The notes beneath the pieces are model-generated. The model did no database searches, was not told where the DNA came from, and saw only the letters and a list, made by a program, of their open reading frames with translations. The translations under genes and the position numbers were made by a program. Positions 1 through 8,995 of a stretch of 64,000 nt of DNA are shown here, one piece after another. The stretch is from Candidatus Latescibacterota bacterium (lineage in GTDB: Bacteria > Latescibacterota > UBA2968 > UBA8231): positions 1,600,001-1,664,000 of the forward strand of contig CBDETK010000013.1 of NCBI GenBank assembly GCA_965242865.1, written 5' to 3'. Each line of letters opens with the position of its first letter. The first letter of the stretch is position 1.

Positions 1-748
1 GCATCCCACCGCCCCGCTTTTCCTCAACCAACTTGGTAATCTCGGTGACCTCAATGGCGTTTCGCCCAGACCCCAGCAGGCTGCTTTTGTTGGGTTCAAA
101 CCGCGACGCGGGGATGTTGGACGCTTGCAGTTCCGCCAAATGCTGCTCGCTCAGCCCTTCGTTAGGCGTAATCAACAGGATGTTGTCCAATGCCTTGCTG
201 TTGTAATGGAGAAACTGCCGGTAGTTCAGGTGCATGATGAGCGTCTTGCCGCTGCCGGTGGCCATCCAGAACGCCAGTTTGCCCAAATCCGCCGCGGCAA
301 ATTCGGTTTCCCGTGCCTCTTGGGCGTGACGGTTGACGTTGCGCCGCCTGACCAAATCGTTCAGCGAGCGCAGCAAGGCGACGCGGCGATTGAAAGACCA
401 ATCGAGAAAAATTTCAGTGTATAGGGCTGCCAGATATTGGAAGTAGCGCAGGGAGATGGGCTGACTGCGGCCGGCGTTCATGGCCGCCAGATGCTTGCGG
501 ATATTGGCGTCGTACTGCGCCAAGTCCTCCAGCGAAATGTCCTTTAGGCGGCTCGATTGGGACGCCAACCGGGCGTAGAGGTGGCTGCGGCCCTCGGCGT
601 CAAAGCCTTCGTCGGCTTGCTTTATGTCCGCTAAGAGATCGCGGTTCTCTGTGTAGCCCAGCCGTTCGTTCAGCCAAGCCAATAGAACCAGTCGCCGTTC
701 TAGACTGGCATAGTCGCTTGGTCGAGATTGGGGTCGTCGGCGCGGCAT
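1..748 (-). CDS. res: Type III restriction enzyme Res subunit (DEAD/DEAH helicase), 5' part, runs off the window
   Basis: Manual translation from ATG at 748 (absent from the ORF track): MPRRRPQSRPSDYASLERRLVLLAWL...KLAFWMATGSGKTLIMHLNY...NILLITPNEGLSEQHLAEL. Res-type Walker A motif; lies downstream of mod. Confidence 0.88.
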   Translation of the reverse strand, partial: MPRRRPQSRPSDYASLERRLVLLAWLNERLGYTENRDLLADIKQADEGFDAEGRSHLYARLASQSSRLKDISLEDLAQYDANIRKHLAAMNAGRSQPISLRYFQYLAALYTEIFLDWSFNRRVALLRSLNDLVRRRNVNRHAQEARETEFAAADLGKLAFWMATGSGKTLIMHLNYRQFLHYNSKALDNILLITPNEGLSEQHLAELQASNIPASRFEPNKSSLLGSGRNAIEVTEITKLVEEKRGGGM

Positions 749-765
749 CGCTAGGCCCCTTCATT

Positions 766-795
766 GCGGGGACAGGCACGGGGGCCTGCCCCTAT
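766..795. repeat. GTAG-class REP palindrome, copy 1
   Basis: gcggggacaggcacgggggcctgcccctat; near-identical to 4477-4507 and 5315-5345. Confidence 0.85.
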
Positions 796-828
796 CCGGG
801 TTGGGCGCGGCATCGCTAGGGTCCTTTC

Positions 829-951
829 CTAGCCATAGCTTCCAACTGACCTCAGGGTGGACCATCCGCGTTCTGCGGCCGTATCGACCGAGTGGCTTGC
901 GAGATACCGCTTTAGTGGCCTTGGGACACCTTGGTCAAACAGGATTTTCAC
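829..951 (-). pseudogene. Truncated DUF5615 (PIN/VapC45-like) toxin
   Basis: Manual translation from GTG951: MKILFDQGVPRPLKRYLASHSVDTAAERGWSTLR, then it runs into a copy of the HEPN gene tail and stops after 40 aa; overlaps the DUF433 gene end. Confidence 0.75.
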
Positions 952-1168
952 TGAAATTTCTCAGGGCCTTTGATTCGTGATCCAGAACGGCTTTCACCTG
1001 CCACTCTTCAACGCCGTGAAACCAATTGAGAAACTGCTCGGTGGAAGCTCCCTCTCGCAGATTCTCAAACAGGGCATATACGGGAACGCGCGTTCCGCGA
1101 AACACCCAAGTTCCGCTCACTTTGTCGGGATGTCGTTCGATAGCCGTGCATGTATCCCAATTCAGCAT
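935..1168 (-). CDS. DUF433 (VapB45-like) antitoxin
   Basis: MLNWDTCTAIERHPDKVSGTWVFRGTRVPVYALFENL carries the DUF433 motif G..VF.GTRVPV..L. Confidence 0.88.
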   Translation of the reverse strand: MLNWDTCTAIERHPDKVSGTWVFRGTRVPVYALFENLREGASTEQFLNWFHGVEEWQVKAVLDHESKALRNFSENPV

Positions 1169-1198
1169 GAGATCACCTGATGCCTTTCTGTTTCGCAT

Positions 1199-4100
1199 TC
1201 ATCTTGCCTCCTCCGCGAACATCCGCGTCTTGAACACCGGCTCTACCGCTGTGGCTTTGGGAATACAGGAATCGCCGTTGACGTACACCGTGGCCGCGCC
1301 ATCGGCCAGCCCTTGCTCGGCGACGAAGTGCCGATCGCGGTTAAAGTCGGCTTGCTCCCACCCCTCGGTTTCTCGCCATATAATCGCCACCTCGTGGCCG
1401 GGCGCATCGCGGGTTTCGCCTCGATAGATCAAGTAGCGTCGGCCTTCGTCCTCATACACCCGGCGCGTACGGACGTTCAGGCCCAGCAAGTAATTGAACG
1501 TCTCGGGAATGTCCGCCATCCGCTCCTGCGTCTCTCCGTTGGTGTGAACCTGCAAGCGATAGGTGAACGGACGGGCCAACTTCGCCACGTTGAGCAGGGT
1601 CGCGCTGCCTTTGGTTTCCCATTGCAGCATATACTTGATCAGGTAATCGTCGAATTGCTCCTCCAATTTCAACTGGCTGGCCTCGTGGTCAAACGCAATG
1701 CTGTCCAGCGCGTCTTCGTAGGATTCGAGGCGGATGTACTTAATGATGCGCGGCGACCGTTGCGCTTCCTCGGGCGTGGCGTCGCGCTTGGGCTTGCCGT
1801 CTTTCCATTCGGGCGCGAACGCGACCTTCTTGATGCGCGGCAACAGCACGGTGTCGAAGTATTCGCCCATCTCGACGAGGATGAATTTGCGCTGGCCGCC
1901 GTCCTCGCGGTTTAGATTGATGACGGCGTGGCCGGTGGTGCCGGATCCGGCGAAGTAGTCAACGCAATATGTACCATCACCTATACCTGTCGCGAATACA
2001 GCATCGCCGACAGTATGTATAGACTTAGGATAAGGAAAAGGATTGTGCCGACCGAGAATGTTACTGAGTAGATTCGCACCATAAGTGCCTGCGTTATATC
2101 GTTTATCTATCCAATTGCTGAAGATAGCCGTATTTCGCTCTTCTGACTCGACGAGTTGATAGATAGTCATCTTCTCACTGCACTGCAATTTGCTGTCCTG
2201 AACTAACTGTAAGCAGGATTTGTAAGAGCGTCTCCAAACTCTTTCTTCTCCTTGGGAACCCAAAGGGTACACCCTGATGTATCCGTCGTTAGTTTTATCT
2301 GTTGGATAATCTGTGTTCCCCCTAGCCGGCGGAGGCTCAATTCCAACTACATTATTCGTATATGGTTCTACTAAAATGGGATAGAAGCTATTCGGTCTTC
2401 CGTCTCGGAAATTACGTTCGGCTTTTCCCGCTCTCTGGAATGAACGACGTTCAATTGCCTCTCCATTTTTGTAGCCTCTCATAGCACTTTCTGATTCTCT
2501 TTTAACACAGGCAAGCATGTATTCGTGGGTAGCTGATAGCGTCTTTGCTTTTCCTTCTTGTGGATGATGGTTGACAATAATCATATTGCGTTGGAGAAAT
2601 GAGAACTCTTTGTCCACTAGTTCACAAAGATCAGCCATCTCGTAGTCATCAATCGCTATAAAAAGAAAGGGATTTTCGGAAAGTAATGACGTCGCTAGAG
2701 CGAGCCTGTCTTTCATTAAGGAAAGCCAACTTGAATGCTTATACCCGTTTTTGTAAAGAATTTCCGAATCTCCGGTATTATACGGCGGGTCAATATAAAT
2801 GCACGTCACCTCCTCCAGATACCGCTCCGTCAGCAGATTCAACGCCTGCCAGTTTTCGCTATGCACCAACAGTCCGTCCGTCAGCCCGTCTATGTCGTCA
2901 AAGCTAGCCAACAGCCGGTCCACGAAATCGGACTCAAAATGCTTCGTATCCAACACCAGCGTCGGATGCGTCTTCAGAAAGTCAATGCGTTTTTCATGCC
3001 CATTTTTGTTTGAATTGAACAGGTGCGTCTCGGCCTCGTCAATGTGGAACAGCTCTCTCCATTCGTCCCACTGCGCGTCATGGGCCGCAATGTCCGAGTA
3101 AAAAGTGGTGTCAATGTACCCAATCGCAATGCAATAGTACGTTTCGGTGACGAACTTGCGCTTTTCCCACAGCATCTTTTGGAAATTCTCCATCTGCGCC
3201 AGAAATTCGATCACCTGATTGCCAACTAGCTTTATTAGCTTCACTAGCTGAAACCAGCCTTCGGCCACCCCTTCGCCCGCAGCGGTCATCTCGTCCAAGT
3301 GCAGCACTTCACTCTTTAGATAGAAATCCAATTCGCGGGAGAGGAACTCAGCCAAGTTTTTATGAATGAAAAAGTCGGACGTGTTGCGCTGGGTGTATTG
3401 CCGCAGGTGATGTTCCAAGTAGGAGACGGATTCGTCCTTGCCATTGCGCCGCCGCTCGCCAGCCAAAGCGGCCAACGCATCGGGAGCCTTACTCAGCCGC
3501 TTGGGAATGGCGTCAAGGGCCTCGGCGATGATTTTGTCCTGCTGCTTTTGGCTGCCGTAGGTCTTGCCTTCCGCCGCGGTTAGGGGCCGGTATTCAAACG
3601 GAATGGTAATTTCGCGGGCGTCAGCATCCCATTCCGCCTCCTCGGCGAGCGGCAGGAAAAACCGCTTGTCGCCCTTGACGTTGTTCTGCTCCACATCAGC
3701 GGCCTTGATCCGAAAATGCACCACCACGCCAGCGGCTGCCTTCCAGTCGTAATCGTGAAAGTGCTCGCCCGTCTTGATGTAGTACTGATCGCTGTTAGCC
3801 CAATGCAGATAGACTTCTTCGCCATCGTACGGAATGGCGTAGGGTTGATGTTTGGAATAGCGCCGCTTAGAGATGAAGTCGCCATCCTGATAGTAGCGGC
3901 TGAAAAAGGCGTATAGATGGTTGTAGGTGCTAACTTCAACGGCGGCGCGGCTGAAACCACCTGCCTTCTTCTTTAGCTTCAGGTACTTCTTGCCCCCCCG
4001 AGTACCATGGTAGATCTCGGATAGGTTGCCATGAGCGTCGAGAGCGTCCTCGCCCAGCATCTCCTCAATTTGCTGAGCCACCTCTGCCATTTCCTCGGCG

Positions 4101-4294
4101 ATCTGAGCTTGGTCTGCCAATGCGCCGCTGTTCAACTCTTCCGCCACCACGCCGGGCAACTGCTCGGCGATGAATTTCTCAATGGCCTCCCGCTTATAGT
4201 TCATAATGCGGTAGATGCCAAAATCGAGATCAGCGCAGTCAAACTGGAACAACTCGCGTAGCAACTGCTGGAATTTCCCAATAGCTTCGGCCAT
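1199..4294 (-). CDS. mod: Type III R-M modification methyltransferase Mod (m6A, beta class)
   Basis: ADLDFGIYRIMN N-terminus, YIDPPYNTG (motif IV), DYFAGSGTTG (motif I); AAAGGAGG RBS before ATG4294; adjacent to res. Confidence 0.92.
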   Translation of the reverse strand: MAEAIGKFQQLLRELFQFDCADLDFGIYRIMNYKREAIEKFIAEQLPGVVAEELNSGALADQAQIAEEMAEVAQQIEEMLGEDALDAHGNLSEIYHGTRGGKKYLKLKKKAGGFSRAAVEVSTYNHLYAFFSRYYQDGDFISKRRYSKHQPYAIPYDGEEVYLHWANSDQYYIKTGEHFHDYDWKAAAGVVVHFRIKAADVEQNNVKGDKRFFLPLAEEAEWDADAREITIPFEYRPLTAAEGKTYGSQKQQDKIIAEALDAIPKRLSKAPDALAALAGERRRNGKDESVSYLEHHLRQYTQRNTSDFFIHKNLAEFLSRELDFYLKSEVLHLDEMTAAGEGVAEGWFQLVKLIKLVGNQVIEFLAQMENFQKMLWEKRKFVTETYYCIAIGYIDTTFYSDIAAHDAQWDEWRELFHIDEAETHLFNSNKNGHEKRIDFLKTHPTLVLDTKHFESDFVDRLLASFDDIDGLTDGLLVHSENWQALNLLTERYLEEVTCIYIDPPYNTGDSEILYKNGYKHSSWLSLMKDRLALATSLLSENPFLFIAIDDYEMADLCELVDKEFSFLQRNMIIVNHHPQEGKAKTLSATHEYMLACVKRESESAMRGYKNGEAIERRSFQRAGKAERNFRDGRPNSFYPILVEPYTNNVVGIEPPPARGNTDYPTDKTNDGYIRVYPLGSQGEERVWRRSYKSCLQLVQDSKLQCSEKMTIYQLVESEERNTAIFSNWIDKRYNAGTYGANLLSNILGRHNPFPYPKSIHTVGDAVFATGIGDGTYCVDYFAGSGTTGHAVINLNREDGGQRKFILVEMGEYFDTVLLPRIKKVAFAPEWKDGKPKRDATPEEAQRSPRIIKYIRLESYEDALDSIAFDHEASQLKLEEQFDDYLIKYMLQWETKGSATLLNVAKLARPFTYRLQVHTNGETQERMADIPETFNYLLGLNVRTRRVYEDEGRRYLIYRGETRDAPGHEVAIIWRETEGWEQADFNRDRHFVAEQGLADGAATVYVNGDSCIPKATAVEPVFKTRMFAEEAR

Positions 4295-4476
4295 AAGGCC
4301 CCTCCTTTCTGTAATCATGCCTGCTTGCCTCAATGCGCTTGCAGGCGGTCCTACCTCGCCCTCTGACTATACACAGCATCCGTGTACGCGCAAGCCACTT
4401 CCCGCTAGGGCCGCCACCCCTCCATCATCCGGCGTACTGACGCGCCTGCGCGGGATCGTTAGGTCCCTTCATGGAT

Positions 4477-4507
4477 GCGGGGGCAGGCACGGGGGCCTGT
4501 CCCCTAC
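4477..4507. repeat. GTAG-class REP palindrome, copy 2
   Basis: gcgggggcaggcacgggggcctgtcccctac; the reverse strand begins GTAG followed by a hairpin. Confidence 0.85.
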
Positions 4508-5235
4508 GGTTTGGGGGCGGTGGCATCGCTAGGCCCTTCCCCAACGATGGCTTCCAACTGACTGATGAGCGGCCGTAGGTGGTTCTGCACAATATCGCAG
4601 AGTTTGTCGAGGTCCACTGCGTCGTAAGCGTGCGCCAACAGGTTGCGTGTGCCGATAATTTTGTCCCACGGCACTGCGGGATAGCGTTCCCGCGTCGTTG
4701 GCGAGACCCGGTTGGCCGCTTCGCCGATAACTTCCACCGCTCGCGTAAGGGCCAATTCCTTTATCCAGTCGCCTTCCAAATCCGCTCGGCTTATATCGCC
4801 AAACGAATCAACGGCTTTTCTCGCGTAAATGAGCATATCCAGCAGGCTCACGCGGTCATCGCGCCGCTTTTCGCCCGTCTTGAGGGGCTTGTCGCGGCCC
4901 TCTTGCGACCGGCCTTCATATCCCGGCCCCCGCTCGTATAGCATCTCGGCTGAACCGAGTATTTCCGCTCGCAACAACCAGTTTTGCTTGCTTTCAATGG
5001 CCGCAAAGGTGTGCATATCGGCTTCGCGGCCCAAAATCCGGCCCAACTCCTCGGACACGTCAACAAACTCCCAGCCCAAATGCACATCCGGCTCAAATTC
5101 TACCAGCACATCCACATCGCTTTCCGGCCCGAAGTCGTCGCGCAGCACCGAGCCGAACAGGGCCATGCGCCGGATGTGGTTGCGCTGGCAGAACGCGGCA
5201 ATCGCGTCTGTTGAAATCTCGATTTTCGCATTCAT
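4504..5235 (-). CDS. Fused minimal nucleotidyltransferase (MntA-like) + HEPN/DUF86 RNase (HepT-like)
   Basis: N-half FGSVLRDDFGPESDVDVLV (GS-x10-DxD); C-half GTRNLLAHAY (Rx4HxY); single uninterrupted 243-aa ORF. Confidence 0.88.
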   Translation of the reverse strand: MNAKIEISTDAIAAFCQRNHIRRMALFGSVLRDDFGPESDVDVLVEFEPDVHLGWEFVDVSEELGRILGREADMHTFAAIESKQNWLLRAEILGSAEMLYERGPGYEGRSQEGRDKPLKTGEKRRDDRVSLLDMLIYARKAVDSFGDISRADLEGDWIKELALTRAVEVIGEAANRVSPTTRERYPAVPWDKIIGTRNLLAHAYDAVDLDKLCDIVQNHLRPLISQLEAIVGEGPSDATAPKP

Positions 5236-5314
5236 CTTGCCTCCTCCGCGAACAGCCGCGTCTTGAGTAGCGGCTCCACCGCTATGGCGGGCTTGCTGTC
5301 TTTTAGACTAGAAT

Positions 5315-5345
5315 GCGGGGACAGGCACGGGGGCCTGTCCCCTAC
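5315..5345. repeat. GTAG-class REP palindrome, copy 3
   Basis: gcggggacaggcacgggggcctgtcccctac with a perfect GGGGACAGGC/GCCTGTCCCC stem. Confidence 0.85.
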
Positions 5346-5398
5346 GGTTTGGGGGCGGCGGCATCGCTAGGTCCTTCCCCAACGATGCCATCCTCGTC

Positions 5399-6412
5399 TT
5401 ACGGCGTCGGCGCAGCCTCTGGCAGCAGCCCCTCGGCTTTTAGGTCCGCCCACAGGGCCGGTGGAATCTCCGCCTGCATCACGCGGGCGTTGTCCTCCAA
5501 CTCGGCCACGGACGCCGCGCCGGGCACCGCCGAAATTACCGCCTCGTGCCCAAAGGGGAATTGCAAGGCCGCGGCCCGCAACTCAACCCCGTGCCGGTCG
5601 CAGACGGCTTTGAGTGCCTTGGCCCGCTGCACCCAATGCGCGGGCGCGGGCTGGTAATCAAAGGAAACCGGCTGGCTCAAATCGCGGGCGAGGATGCCGC
5701 TGTTGTACGGCCCGCCAATGGTCAGCTTCACCCCGCGCTCTACGCACAGGGGCAAAAATTCGGGCAGGGCCGACTGGTCCAGCAGGGTGTAGCGTCCGGC
5801 CAGCAGGATGTAGTCCAACTCAAAGCGCTCGACCATCCGCCCGGTGCGCTCCCATTCGTTCATGCCCATGCCGATGGCCTTGACCGCGCCCGTTGTCCGC
5901 AATTCGACCGCGGCCTCTAGCGCTTCGCTGAAGTCCTCGTCGGGGTGCTGCCCCTTGAAGTCGCTGTCGTGGACGAAGAAAATATCCACCGCGGCCAACC
6001 CCAGCCGCTCCAAGCTGGCATCGAGCGAGGCCCGCAGGCCCGCCGCGCTGAAGTCGAAATCGTAGGTGTAGTGCGGAATTCCGTCCTCGCTGTACGGGGC
6101 CAAATCGTCTGGGTTTTCCGGCCGCAACACCCGCGATCCCTTGCTCGAGATGGCAAACGACGGGCGCGGAAACTCCCCGAGCACCCGCCCGTAGCGCACC
6201 TCGCTGCGCCCGTTGCCGTACATCGGCGCGGTATCAAAGTAGCGCACACCCATCTGGTATGCGCGGCGGATGATGGCCAATGCTTCGTCGTACCCGCTGC
6301 CGACAAAAATCCCGTCGGCCAAGACCATCCCGCCCAACGGCGCACCGCCCAACCCCAAGCGCGTCACCTCCACGCCGGTATCGCCAATCGCCACTTTTGC
6401 AAAAGGGTTCAT
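5399..6412 (-). CDS. Aldo/keto reductase (D-threo-aldose/L-fucose dehydrogenase-like)
   Basis: LGLGGAPLG, YFDTAPMYGNG, SLERLG, GGPYNSGIL motifs. Confidence 0.9.
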   Translation of the reverse strand: MNPFAKVAIGDTGVEVTRLGLGGAPLGGMVLADGIFVGSGYDEALAIIRRAYQMGVRYFDTAPMYGNGRSEVRYGRVLGEFPRPSFAISSKGSRVLRPENPDDLAPYSEDGIPHYTYDFDFSAAGLRASLDASLERLGLAAVDIFFVHDSDFKGQHPDEDFSEALEAAVELRTTGAVKAIGMGMNEWERTGRMVERFELDYILLAGRYTLLDQSALPEFLPLCVERGVKLTIGGPYNSGILARDLSQPVSFDYQPAPAHWVQRAKALKAVCDRHGVELRAAALQFPFGHEAVISAVPGAASVAELEDNARVMQAEIPPALWADLKAEGLLPEAAPTP

Positions 6413-6415
6413 AAG

Positions 6416-7300
6416 TCACTCCAATCCGTAGAGCCGCTCGGCATTGCCGGCGAACAAGTTGGCCTGCTCTTCCTCCGGCCTCCCGGCGACGATCGCGCGC
6501 AACGCGGCCACCCACGCGCCCAAACCCGCCCCAAAGTTGCACACCGGCCAGTCGCCGCCGAACACCACCCGGTCCGGCCCAAAGCTATCCAAGCAGTGCT
6601 CAACCGTCGGCGCCAGCGCGTCGGCACTCCCCCGGGCGATAATCCCGGATATTTTGCACACCACCGGCTCCCGCTCGGCCAACGCCGCCATGTCCCGCTG
6701 CCACTGCTCTTTGGTGTGGCTGAAGGGATTGGCTGGGTCGTGCTCGGCTGCGCCGTTGACGATCTGCGGATCGGCGTTGCCGCAGTGATCGACGATGAAG
6801 CGCGTATCCGGGCACTGATCCACCAAGCCGACCGCGTCCCCCAGCTCGCTCGGCCGCAGGCACAGAGCAAAGCTCAGGCCAATCTCGCCTAAGTACTGCA
6901 CATCGCGGACGAAGTTTTCCTGCAAGCACCGCCCCGGCCCAGCGTCGGGCACGTGCAACACCTGCCGCACGCCCTTGACGCAATCGCGGCCCTTAAAGCG
7001 GTCGATATAGGCGCGGAAACCCGTTGTCCCCGGGCAGCCTCCGATGACCGCTCCGGCCATTGGGTTGTCGTCGGCTTGGCACAGACCGGCGACAAACTCG
7101 GCCTCCGCAACGCGCTGCTCGGCCGCGACATCCACTTCCATATAGACGGTGCGGGCAATGCCGGTGCCTTCGGCCGCCGCCAAGTAATCGCTCATTAGGT
7201 GATTCTTCCGCAGCGGCTCCATGGCCGGGTCCTCCAACCACGGCAGCGCGAACCGCGCCAAATCCCACAAATGTTGATGCGTATCGACGATGGGTAGCAT
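6416..7300 (-). CDS. Amidohydrolase_2 family (L-fuconolactonase-like)
   Basis: IVDTHQHLWD, IVDHCG, CKISG, FGGDWPV motifs; co-transcribed with the AKR. Confidence 0.88.
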   Translation of the reverse strand: MLPIVDTHQHLWDLARFALPWLEDPAMEPLRKNHLMSDYLAAAEGTGIARTVYMEVDVAAEQRVAEAEFVAGLCQADDNPMAGAVIGGCPGTTGFRAYIDRFKGRDCVKGVRQVLHVPDAGPGRCLQENFVRDVQYLGEIGLSFALCLRPSELGDAVGLVDQCPDTRFIVDHCGNADPQIVNGAAEHDPANPFSHTKEQWQRDMAALAEREPVVCKISGIIARGSADALAPTVEHCLDSFGPDRVVFGGDWPVCNFGAGLGAWVAALRAIVAGRPEEEQANLFAGNAERLYGLE

Positions 7301-7337
7301 GAGCTTTCCTCTTTGTAAGTGACCCGTGATTTATCTT

Positions 7338-8837
7338 TTACGCTTCACACCGCAACGGCGCAAAGACCGCTTCCAGCCATTCCGGCAACGCTCCGTTCTC
7401 CTCCAACGACCGGACAGCCGCGGCGACTTCCTCCTTGGGTATGGTATCGAAGAAAGCCGCCGTGGGCACCAAAGCCTCATTCAAATCATTGGGTTCAAAC
7501 TTGTCCAATGTCCGACCGTATTGGCGCATCGAGCGAGCGACGATTAGCCTGCCCGTTTGCGACGACAGGTAGAGAAACAAGTGCTCTATGTATGCAGTTC
7601 CCAACAGGTTGGGTTGGAAGCCATGGTAGCACGTCAAGTTCAATGCCTTGGTCTTGTTTAGTACGACCTTGTAGCCATTGCGCGAGAACACGCCGAACAA
7701 AAGAGACGCTGGGCTGCGCGTCTCTGTTTTGTACCACGGCGTTCTGTTTTTTGTCAAAAATCGCTCGTGATAGCCCTCGCGCTCTCCAAACCGGATGTAA
7801 TCCGCAGCGGCCTTGGAGGGATTGCCAGTGACTGAGAATAAAAAGACCGGGTTATTTGCAAAATCCGCCTCCCTAAAAACGGCTGTTTTAATCTGCGAAC
7901 TCTTGGCGATGCAAGGCATGCACTCGGTCGCACGGAGGCGTCTTGCTGCTATACTCGTAGGGTTTAGGACGAAAAACGCATTCGCACCAGTGGCGATGCC
8001 GCGGCTAAACTTGCCAAAGTATGCAAGCGCGGTCGTCTTTTGGCGGTCGACGCTGAATGCTGTCCCCTGAAAATGAGGCAGCCATTTGACCTGCGGATCC
8101 AATGCCGATTGAGGAATTTCAGCAACGGGTTGTAGGCTGTCGAATGAGGCGAGTTCGTTCACCGATCGCAAACGAAAAAACTGGACGTCGATATGGTAAG
8201 CTGCTTTGTCGTATAAAATGATTCCCACAGACGTGGTGGCATCCGGGAAAATGTCTTTCTCGCAATCAAAGCTGATAATGCTGCACAAGTGGCCGGACTC
8301 AACGAGTTTTTGCTTTACCAATGTGCCGTATCCCGTATTCAAGAATTCGAGCGGCATGATATACGCCAAGCGGCCACGTGTAGAAAGTTCGGAAAGCGAC
8401 TTGAGTAGGAAGGCCGACGCGGTGTTCACGTATCCAGAGAGCCTTATGCCGAGATTTTTCTCAAACTCTCGGACGACTACATCCCGATTCAGAAACTTCT
8501 GAAAGCGCATGTACGGTGGGTTACAAACGATACTGGCGTATTGGCCGCCCCAAGCAAGCAAATAGTCCTCAATTGCGATAAAATCTGCGCGTTCTCCTGT
8601 ATTCCGCTCCCAGAACTCGACGATGGTAGAATCCACCTCACACCCTGTGAACCGAACGCCTGTGCGGTCATCAATCGCGTCTCGAAACGCACCCAATCCA
8701 AACGCCGGATCAAATACTGCATCCACCCCTGAATTTAGCACCCAATCCACCATAAAAGCGGCTACTTCATCCGGTGTAAAAAACTGCCCAAACCGCTTCT
8801 GATGTTGCTCGCCAACTTCTCGAAGGTAATCAGACAT
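7338..8837 (-). CDS. N6-adenine DNA methyltransferase, gamma class, solitary
   Basis: GQFFTP, FDPAFGLGAF (motif I), VCNPPY (motif IV), C-terminal TRD; start placed at MSDYL because the upstream in-frame part is a repeat element. Confidence 0.88.
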   Translation of the reverse strand: MSDYLREVGEQHQKRFGQFFTPDEVAAFMVDWVLNSGVDAVFDPAFGLGAFRDAIDDRTGVRFTGCEVDSTIVEFWERNTGERADFIAIEDYLLAWGGQYASIVCNPPYMRFQKFLNRDVVVREFEKNLGIRLSGYVNTASAFLLKSLSELSTRGRLAYIMPLEFLNTGYGTLVKQKLVESGHLCSIISFDCEKDIFPDATTSVGIILYDKAAYHIDVQFFRLRSVNELASFDSLQPVAEIPQSALDPQVKWLPHFQGTAFSVDRQKTTALAYFGKFSRGIATGANAFFVLNPTSIAARRLRATECMPCIAKSSQIKTAVFREADFANNPVFLFSVTGNPSKAAADYIRFGEREGYHERFLTKNRTPWYKTETRSPASLLFGVFSRNGYKVVLNKTKALNLTCYHGFQPNLLGTAYIEHLFLYLSSQTGRLIVARSMRQYGRTLDKFEPNDLNEALVPTAAFFDTIPKEEVAAAVRSLEENGALPEWLEAVFAPLRCEA

Positions 8838-8884
8838 GGCCGATAGGCGGCGAAGAGACACCGCGTCGCGGGAAACACACTCGC

Positions 8885-8946
8885 TATATAGCAATTCTAC
8901 CTCATTCAAGACTGGATTCCCGCGTTCGCGGGAATGACTCCTCATA
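8885..8946. repeat. RPE/dRS3-like palindromic element with IS630-like terminus, copy A
   Basis: tatatagcaattctacctcattcaagactggattcccgcgttcgcgggaatgactcctcata; near-identical to 53937-53998 and, inverted, to 50262-50349. Confidence 0.85.
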
Positions 8947-8995
8947 AAAAAACAGGGCCGATGAACATTCCACGCTTTCAAGTCATTTAGGACGG

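Noticed and set aside
766-5345. Three 30-bp palindromes as CRISPR repeats or integron attC sites
   Set aside because: Spacing is kilobases and irregular; they fit GTAG-REP structure, lack attC RYYYAAC/GTTRRRY ends, and no integrase is present.
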